In this document: positions 8,360 to 15,400 of the stretch, in pieces
How the letters are laid out: every line of letters begins with the position of its first letter
Numbering within the stretch: the first letter of the stretch is position 1
Translations under genes and position numbers: made by a program
DNA from: Desulfobulbus propionicus DSM 2032
GTDB lineage: Bacteria; Desulfobacterota; Desulfobulbia; Desulfobulbales; Desulfobulbaceae
Assembly: GCF_000186885.1 (NCBI RefSeq)
Contig: NC_014972.1
Span: 1,770,001 to 1,802,000 of the forward strand
Length of the DNA: 32,000 bases
Direction of reading: 5' to 3'
Notes under the pieces: model-generated
What the model saw: the letters and a program-made list of their open reading frames with translations, nothing else
What the model was told of the DNA's origin: nothing
The model's database searches: none

Positions 8360-8605
8360 TGTTCCCTCCTTGATGGGTTGCATTTTCCTGGTGATCCAGT
8401 CGCGCGGCGAGGAGCACGCCTTCCCCTGTCCGCCGCTGGAGCGGTCATCGGCGAGAGCGCCGTCAACCGCCTTCACCATGCCGTGCCAGGATGAGGATTG
8501 TGTTTGCCTTCTGCTACAACCGTGTCAGGTTTCGGATAAAAACGACCAGCAACTGGAAATGACAGCCTTGACTTTGCCATGTTCCCCGGTTATTTTTGTA
8601 CTGGT

Positions 8606-8634
8606 TTGAATATGAATATATGTTCAGATATAAC
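8606..8634 (+). promoter_or_regulatory. Candidate sigma70 promoter of the arsR-family gene (TTGAAT-17 nt-TATAAC)
   Basis: TTGAAT at 8606-8611 and TATAAC at 8629-8634 are spaced 17 nt apart inside the only AT-rich patch of this intergenic region. The predicted start site is roughly 5-6 nt before ATG 8647, and no SD is present. Confidence 0.45.
8609..8630. promoter_or_regulatory. Imperfect inverted repeat, candidate ArsR/SmtB operator
   Basis: AATATGAATATATGTTCAGATA has a core TGAATATATGTTCA (8613-8626) that matches its own reverse complement at 12/14 positions, or 16/22 over the extended site. It lies between the candidate -35 and -10. It resembles the TGAACA..TATTCA-type 12-2-12 operators I recall for SmtB/CzrA. 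Confidence 0.45.
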
Positions 8635-8646
8635 ATAATAAAAACG

Positions 8647-9021
8647 ATGACCAAAACACTCGAACACGACGACCAGGACGATTTGTGCGGGGTACGCTGC
8701 ATCCACAAGGAGCGGATCGGCGCGGCCCGTGAACAGGCCCTGACCGATACGGAATACGAAACCATGGCCGTCCTGTTCAAGGCCATGGGCGATCCCAACC
8801 GGCTGCGGATTCTCTGGGCCCTGGGCGCGGGCGAGATGTGCGTCTGCGATCTGGCGGCCCTGTTGACCAGCTCCGAGTCGGCGGTCAGCCACCAACTGCG
8901 CCTGTTGCGCCAGATGGCCCTGGTCAGCAACCGGCGCCAGGGGCAGGTGCTCTACTACCGGCTCAACGACGATCACGTCCACACCCTCATCCATCAAGCC
9001 CTGGACCACGTCCGGGAATAA
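8647..9021 (+). CDS. ArsR/SmtB family metalloregulatory transcriptional repressor
   Basis: The track ORF is 8596-9021 with a TTG start. The AT-rich codons before 8647 look non-coding, so I start at ATG 8647 (MTKTLEH...). The wHTH region reads FKAMGDPNRLRILWAL..GEMCVCDLAALL..SESAVSHQLRLL. Candidate alpha3N site: C14/C18 plus CVC. Candidate alpha5 site: DDH-x10-H-x2-E (LNDDHVHTLIHQALDHVRE). Confidence 0.85.
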   Translation: MTKTLEHDDQDDLCGVRCIHKERIGAAREQALTDTEYETMAVLFKAMGDPNRLRILWALGAGEMCVCDLAALLTSSESAVSHQLRLLRQMALVSNRRQGQVLYYRLNDDHVHTLIHQALDHVRE

Positions 9022-9042
9022 CCCTTTGCCTTTGGTTCGATC

Positions 9043-10131
9043 ATGCACTTCGTCTCTGAAATGACTACGGCCGCGTGGACCCTGCTCGAACAGTCCTCGC
9101 TCTACATTCTCTTCGGCCTGCTGATCGGCGGCCTGCTGAAGATGGTGCTTTCTCCCGCCTATGTCGCCGCCCATCTGGGCAAGGGCCGGTTCAAGCCGGT
9201 GTTCAAGGCCGCCCTGCTGGGCGTGCCCATTCCGCTCTGCTCCTGCGGGGTGCTGCCGGCGGCGGCGCAGTTGAAGCGGCAGGGCGCCAACAACGGCGCC
9301 ACCACCGCCTTTCTCGTGTCTACCCCGGAATCGGGCGTGGATTCCATTGCCGTGTCCTGGGCCCTGCTCGACCCGCTGATGACCGTGGCCCGGCCGGTGG
9401 CGGCCTTTTGTTCCGCCTTTGTCGCCGGGGTGATGGAAAACCTGCTCGATCCCAACGCCAACCGGCAACCGATGCGCATCCTGCCCATGGCCTCGGCGCC
9501 GGCCGCCGCCTGTGCGGGAACGGAGTGCGGCTGCGGGCACGAGCACCCCACACTGCCGGCCGCGGGCTGGGGGCAGAAGCTGGGCCAGGGAGTGCGTTAC
9601 GCGGTGACCGACATCTGGGGCGACCTGGCCGGCTGGTTTTTTGTCGGCATCGCAGTGGCCGCCTGCATCACCGTGTTCATCCCCGATGACCTGATCACCC
9701 GTCATCTCGGGGGCGGCATCGGTTCGATGCTGCTGATGCTCCTGATCGGCATTCCCCTGTATGTCTGCGCCACCGCCGCCACGCCGATCGCCGCGTCGCT
9801 GATCCTCAAGGGGGTCAGTCCGGGCGCGGCCCTGGTGTTCCTCCTCGCCGGACCGGCCACCAATGTCGCCGCCCTGGCGGTGTTGGTCAAAATCCTGGGC
9901 AAGCGAGGAGTGGCCGTCTACCTGGCCTCGGTTTCGGTGGTCAGCGTGCTCTGCGGGCTGCTCCTCGACGGCCTCTATATGTCGCTCGGAATCTCGGCGG
10001 CGGCCACCATCGGCGAGGTCGCCGAATTCGTGCCCCATTGGCTGATGACCGGGGCCGCCGTGGTCCTGCTGCTGCTCTCCCTGCCGCTGATCAGCCGCTG
10101 GTTTTCTCTCAAGGGGTGTCGGCTGGCATAA
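9043..10131 (+). CDS. DUF318/ArsP-like permease, probable metal (Zn/Cu/Cd-type) efflux transporter
   Basis: 362-aa polytopic membrane ORF starting 21 nt after the arsR-family stop. It has the GVPIPLCSCGVLPAA motif typical of this permease family and a Cys/His-rich loop (AACAGTECGCGHEHP). It resembles what NCBI names the SO_0444 family Cu/Zn efflux transporter, from memory. Confidence 0.75.
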   Translation: MHFVSEMTTAAWTLLEQSSLYILFGLLIGGLLKMVLSPAYVAAHLGKGRFKPVFKAALLGVPIPLCSCGVLPAAAQLKRQGANNGATTAFLVSTPESGVDSIAVSWALLDPLMTVARPVAAFCSAFVAGVMENLLDPNANRQPMRILPMASAPAAACAGTECGCGHEHPTLPAAGWGQKLGQGVRYAVTDIWGDLAGWFFVGIAVAACITVFIPDDLITRHLGGGIGSMLLMLLIGIPLYVCATAATPIAASLILKGVSPGAALVFLLAGPATNVAALAVLVKILGKRGVAVYLASVSVVSVLCGLLLDGLYMSLGISAAATIGEVAEFVPHWLMTGAAVVLLLLSLPLISRWFSLKGCRLA

Positions 10132-10142
10132 CCATCCTCTGT

Positions 10143-12494
10143 CTATGGGACAAAGGCCACTTCCAGGGTCCGGCTGGCACCGCGGCCCTGATCATCGACT
10201 ACGCTCACCTCGTACCGTCCCGAGGCGGCCGGCCGCCAAGGCAGGAAGCCGTCGCGCCGGCTGCTGCCCAGATAACGGGTGTCGGCAAACCAGTACATCC
10301 GCTGGGCGTCGCCATCGATGGCCGCGCTCAGCTCGATGGTTTCCTCAGGTTTGGACAGGCGCAGGGTGTACGTCACCCCGGTCAGCGGCGAATTGAGCCG
10401 GGGCGGATCGCCCTGGTTGCCCATGGCCGGCGGTTGATCGCAACCGGCGGCCGGCTCGGGCGGCTGGCGGCGTGCCAGTCCGGCGTCGCGGAACAGGCGC
10501 TGCAGATCCGAGGGCCAGAATGCAAACACCTCCAGCCGGGTCACCGCCGGATCAAACGGCGGGCAAGCGGCCTGGCCGGTGCGGCTGTCGATCATCACCG
10601 GCCGGTGCAGGGTGGAAACGCGAATCGGCGATTTACCGGGAATAAACCAGGTGACGGCGGTTTGCGGGCACCAGCGGTTGGGCAGATCGCCCGAGGCGGC
10701 GCACACCTCGATCCGGGTCAACCCTGGCGGAGGTTGATCCGCTTGGGGTGGCTGGAGGCGACGGGTCAGCGCCAGGGCGTCAACCAGGCGGAAAAAGAGC
10801 GGCGCCGCCGCCTGGATGCCGACAAAGGCCGGATTGGGCTGCCCGTCGAAGTTGCCGATCCACACCGCCAGCACATAGTCGCCGGTCAACCCCACGGTCC
10901 AGGCATCGCGAAAGCCCCAGGAGGTGCCGGTTTTCCAGGCGGTCGGCCACAGGCCGTTGTCCCGGCGGTCAGGGCGCGGGTTGCGGCGCAGCATGTCGCG
11001 CACCAGAAAGGCGGCCTGGGGCGAAAGCAGCCGGGTGCCGGGGAGTTGGGGATCGTCCTGCCGGTAGCGCAGCGGCTTGAGCAGACCGCCGTTGGCGAGC
11101 ATGGCGTACAATTCGGCCAGTTCCTCCATGGTCAGCTCGCCGCCGCCGAGTGCCAGGGCCAGACCGTAATGGGCCTCAGAGCGCAGGCGGGCGACGCCGG
11201 CGGTGCGGAGCAAATCGTGCAGGGAAGGGCGCTGGACGCGGTTGGCCAGCCAGATGGCCGGGACGTTGCGGCTGCGGATCAAGGCCTCGGTGGCCGAGAT
11301 CGGACCGACAAACCGGCCGTCGAAGTTTTCCGGCTGAAAAGGGCCAAAGGCGGTGGGCGCGTCGCTGAGCATGGACAGCGGATGGATCAGTCCCTGGTCA
11401 AGCGCCAGGCCGTAGAGAAAGGGCTTGAGGGTCGAGCCGGGCGAGCGTTTGGCGAGCACGCCGTTGACCTGGCCGTGGAGGACTGGGTCGAAATAGTCGG
11501 CCGAGCCGACCAGGGCCCGGACGCCCATGTCGCGGCGGTCGACCAACAGGGCCGCGGCGTTGGCCATGCCGAGATGGCGCCGTTCGGTGAGGTACTGACG
11601 CATCAGTCGTTCGAGCAGACCCTGCAGCGAGCTGTCCAGGGTGGTGTCGATCACCTGCCGCCGGCCGGTCTCGCGCACCAACAGATGGTCGGTGAGATGG
11701 GGGGCGAGGTAGGGCAGATGGCCACGGCGCAACCCCTTGATCTCCTGGTCGGCCAGGATCGTCTCCGGCGATTGCTCGGGATGGCGGACACGCCATGCCT
11801 GGGCCAGCCGTCGGCGGGCCTGTTGCTGTTCCGCGCCGAAATCCGACCGCTTGGTCGGGTTCTGCGGCATCACCGCCAGGGCCAGGCTTTCCGCCACCGT
11901 CAATTGGCTGGCGGTCTTGGCAAAGTAGATTCGGGCCGCCGCCCCCAGTCCTTCGATGTTGCCGCCCATGGGTGCCAGGTTGCAGTAGGCTTCCAGCAAT
12001 TCCCGTTTGCTGTGGCGCGCCTCCAGCCAGAGGGCAAGCAGGATTTGCTTGAGCTTGCCGGAGAGGGTGCGGGTGTTGAGGCGGTGGAGCCGTCGCGCCA
12101 GTTGCATGCTCAGGGTCGATCCCCCCTGGCGCTCGCCCCGGACATAAGTGGTCCAGGCGGCGCGCAACAGGGCCTGGAGGTTGACTCCCGGATGGAGGTG
12201 AAAAAAACGGTCCTCCTTGAGCAGGATGGCCTCCACCGCCGCCGGGGCGATCTCGTCCAGACTTGTCCAGAGGCGGTACTGACCGTCTCCGGCCAGGGTC
12301 AGGCGCAACACCGTACCGTCCGCGGCGCGGAGCAGGCGTGAACAGGGGATGGCGGGGCCCAGCGGTTCGGCCGGCAGCAGTTGCCTCAGCCCGATGCCGG
12401 CAAAAACGGCGAACCCGATAAAAACGGCTGTTGCCGCCAGCAACCGTCGGCCGCGTTTGTCCGGCCCGCCGCCGGCGCCGAGAGAGCGGCTCAC
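10143..12494 (-). CDS. pbpC: Penicillin-binding protein 1C (bifunctional glycosyltransferase/transpeptidase-like)
   Basis: 783 aa. GT51 motifs are EDRFFHLHPGVN and GGSTLSMQLAR. Transpeptidase motifs are SPGSTLKP (SxxK), SRN and KTGTS. It has a C-terminal PBP1C-type beta domain. The GTG start (12494-12492) overlaps the TGA of the upstream alpha-2-macroglobulin gene (GTGA). This is the classic yfhM-pbpC arrangement. Confidence 0.9.
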   Translation of the reverse strand: MSRSLGAGGGPDKRGRRLLAATAVFIGFAVFAGIGLRQLLPAEPLGPAIPCSRLLRAADGTVLRLTLAGDGQYRLWTSLDEIAPAAVEAILLKEDRFFHLHPGVNLQALLRAAWTTYVRGERQGGSTLSMQLARRLHRLNTRTLSGKLKQILLALWLEARHSKRELLEAYCNLAPMGGNIEGLGAAARIYFAKTASQLTVAESLALAVMPQNPTKRSDFGAEQQQARRRLAQAWRVRHPEQSPETILADQEIKGLRRGHLPYLAPHLTDHLLVRETGRRQVIDTTLDSSLQGLLERLMRQYLTERRHLGMANAAALLVDRRDMGVRALVGSADYFDPVLHGQVNGVLAKRSPGSTLKPFLYGLALDQGLIHPLSMLSDAPTAFGPFQPENFDGRFVGPISATEALIRSRNVPAIWLANRVQRPSLHDLLRTAGVARLRSEAHYGLALALGGGELTMEELAELYAMLANGGLLKPLRYRQDDPQLPGTRLLSPQAAFLVRDMLRRNPRPDRRDNGLWPTAWKTGTSWGFRDAWTVGLTGDYVLAVWIGNFDGQPNPAFVGIQAAAPLFFRLVDALALTRRLQPPQADQPPPGLTRIEVCAASGDLPNRWCPQTAVTWFIPGKSPIRVSTLHRPVMIDSRTGQAACPPFDPAVTRLEVFAFWPSDLQRLFRDAGLARRQPPEPAAGCDQPPAMGNQGDPPRLNSPLTGVTYTLRLSKPEETIELSAAIDGDAQRMYWFADTRYLGSSRRDGFLPWRPAASGRYEVSVVDDQGRGASRTLEVAFVP

Positions 12495-15400
12495 GGCTCG
12501 ACAATGATCAGCGTGCCGCCCTCGCCCCGCCCTTGCAGGCCGCGTTCGTACATGCCCTCGGCATAGGGCGGCGGCGTGCGGAAGGTGCCCGCGTTGGTGG
12601 CCCGCACCCTGTAGTCAAAGGTGGCGACATCGCGCGACAGCCCGGCGTAGAGTACCACCCGGTCATCGCGGGTATCGACGAACGAGGGCTCCCAGCCGAG
12701 CTTGACCATGCCGGCGGAAAGGGGCTCGGCATCGTCCTCCCGGCCGCCATTCTCCTCGCCTTCGATGACCTCTTCCATGGGTTCGGCCGCAAGGCTGACC
12801 ACCGGTTCCACGCCGCCCGGCAGCAGATCGACGATGGCGATCTCGCCAAGCCGGTCCCGCTCTGTGGCCCGCAGCTGCAACCGCACGGTGAACTCCTCGC
12901 CCACCTTGACCTGAGTCAGCGGCTCGCCGGCGCCGTTCAGATAGTCGCGCCGGATCTCGATGCCCTGCCGCAGGGCTGCCTCCGGCGGATTGCGGTCGAA
13001 TCCGGCCTCGGTCAACTGGTAGAAGGCCGGCAGCCGCGCGTTTTCCTTGCGCACGATCACCTTGGCCCAGTTGACGGGAATTTCGGCCAGCGGCGGCCGG
13101 CCCATCAGGGGCAGCGGTTGGCTGGAACCGTCGGCCAGGCCGGCCTCGATGTGGAACGGACCGCTTGTGGGCACGGTCGCCTGGCCATAGAGGTCAAAGG
13201 CGCGGATCAGCAGGGCCGCGGACAGCGAGTGGTAGTGGTCGGCCGACAGCTCCCGTCCCAGGGCCGGCAACAGATCCGGCGGCAGCGCGGCCAGCCGATC
13301 GGGAAAATGGCGGGCCAGCAGGGTCAGCAGTTCCGCGTCGTGGCAGAGCGGATCGCTGAATAGGGCAAACGACGCCTCGGCGGACGGGGCCAGTGTCTTC
13401 CAGGGCACCCCGGCGATCAACTGTTTGGCATCGCGATCCTTTTTGAGCAGGGCCTGACTGGCGGCCAGGTAGGCCGCGGTCAGGTCGGCGCGCCAGGTAT
13501 CGCGATGATGCCGCTCCAATTGCTCCATGGCCGCCGCCAGGGCCGTACTGGTGACCGTGCCGGTGCGGGTGAGCAGATAGATGGCCCGGGCCTTGGTCCG
13601 CAGTTCCTCCAGCCCTTCCACCGGCCCGTGGGCGATCCGCTCCAGATAGGCGCGGCTCTGTGTCTCCAGGTCCCGGGGCACGGCCGCGCCGCGCTCGCTG
13701 GCCTCGAGGAGGAAATCCCCGGCATAGACCGAGATCTCCGGTTGCACCTCCAGATTGGTCGCCCATTGGCCAAAACCGCCGGCTTCGTTCTGCCGCTGGC
13801 GGAGGAGGGCAAAGGCGTCGGCAAGGGGCTTGAAGCCGGGCCGGGCTAGTTCCTCCGGCGTGGCCATGACCAGCGGGGGCATGGCCCTGGACAGCAGCTG
13901 TTCGGTGCAGCTGTAAGGATACTGCGCCAAATAGGTGCGCAGTCCCTGCGCCCAGGCCAGGGGCGAATGCTCCACGCCCACATGGACGGTGCGGTGTTCG
14001 GCAAACAGATCGCGCTGCGGCTGGAGGCTGAAGGCCGCCTCGGTGAACAGCCCGGCCCGCAGGGCTGTCCGGTAGGGCGTGGCCGGACGCACCGAGAGGG
14101 TTTCGCTGATCCGGGTCATGCCCTCGGGACTGTCGCCGACAAAGACCAGTTCCGCCGAGCCCAGCGTGTCGGTGGCCTGGAGCCGGAAGGTGGCGACCCC
14201 TTCCCGGTTGGGGGCCGCCTCGATCTGTTGGCGGGGCTCACCCACCACCCGCAGACCCGGTCCGGTTTCCAGGCGCAGGTCGAGCCGGCCGACTGTCCGT
14301 TGGTTGTTGAAGGCGCCGGTGCTGACGGTGAACTGGTCGCCCGGGGCGACAAAGGCTGGGATGTTGGGGGTCAGCACCCACGGACCGCGTATCTCGGCGC
14401 CGCTTTCGGCAACGCCGATCCGTTCCCGGGTAACCGCCACCGCCATGATCCGCAGCCGGCCATTGAACCCCTCCGGCACGGTGTAGCTGAAGGTTCGGCC
14501 GGTGGCGGGCACGTCCACCACTCCGGACCAATAGGCCACCGGACCCTGTCGCTTGCGTTTGAACGGATTAAGATGGGAACCGATCGCCTCCTCGCCGTCG
14601 CCGCCGGGCGCCGCCGCGGCCAGCAGCCGGCTGTATTCGGGCAGGATCAGGCTGAGGATCTGCGAGGTCTGCACATCGAGCATCCGCTTCTGAAAAAAGC
14701 GGCCGAGCGGATCCGGCGTCTTGTAGCGGGCCACCTGGAGAATGCCTTCGTCCACGGCAAAGACCACCGCTCGGGACGCCTCGCCGGGAGTCAGCCGCAT
14801 GGTCAGCTCCTGGCCGGGCTTGATCAGCTCCGGCGCGCTGAGGGCGAGCGGCAGCCGGCGCGCCTCCAGGGAAACGCCGAACGGCGCCACTCCGGAGGAG
14901 AGCGGGCTCATGAACACTTCGGACGAGTTGGGGTCGCGCACGAACTGGACGTTGACATAACCGTTGCCCTCCAGATCCCGGGGCACGGTGATGGTCTGCA
15001 CGCTGCTGCTGGTCTCGGCCTTGAACCAGCGATGGGCGTAAACCCGGTCCCGTTCGATGGTGATCAGACCGGCGCCGGTGTAAGGAGCGCGCAGGCTGAT
15101 CTGGATGGTCTCGCCCGGTGCGTAGCTCGTTTTATCTAGCTTGATCTGCAGTTCGGCGTTGCGTTCCAGCGATCGGCTGAGGTTGGCGGCGCCGGCCACG
15201 GTCCAGCCGATGCGGTTGAGCACCGTGCCCTTGGGGTCGCGAATTTCGTAGGCAAAATCACCGGGCTCGGCCGTGGGCAGGGCAAGCTCGGTCCCTTCCT
15301 TGGCGAGGGCGATCGGCGCGGCATGGCGCAACACCTCCTTGCGCCGCGATTCGTACTTATAGGTGCCGCTTGGCTGCTTGACCAGCACCGACACGTGCCG

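Noticed and set aside
7139-8494. 451-aa plus-strand ORF opposite the alkaline phosphatase gene
   Set aside because: This is a shadow ORF. The minus-strand frame carries the phosphatase active-site motifs and a signal peptide with an SD.
8482-8565. A perfect sigma54 -24-like element TGGCACG (minus strand, 8488-8482) and one perfect Pho-box half-site CTGTCAT (minus strand, 8565-8559) upstream of the alkaline phosphatase gene
   Set aside because: The -12 TTGC element is missing at the correct spacing (GGTG instead). No second CTGTCAT-like repeat occurs at 11-bp periodicity. Single half-matches of this length are expected by chance.
8590-10038. 482-aa minus-strand ORF opposite the arsR-family and permease genes
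   Set aside because: It spans two plus-strand genes and their spacer. The product is G/R/H/D/Q-rich with no motifs, while the plus-strand products have clear family signatures.
10038-12341. 767-aa plus-strand ORF opposite pbpC
   Set aside because: This is a shadow ORF. pbpC on the minus strand has all GT51 and transpeptidase motifs.
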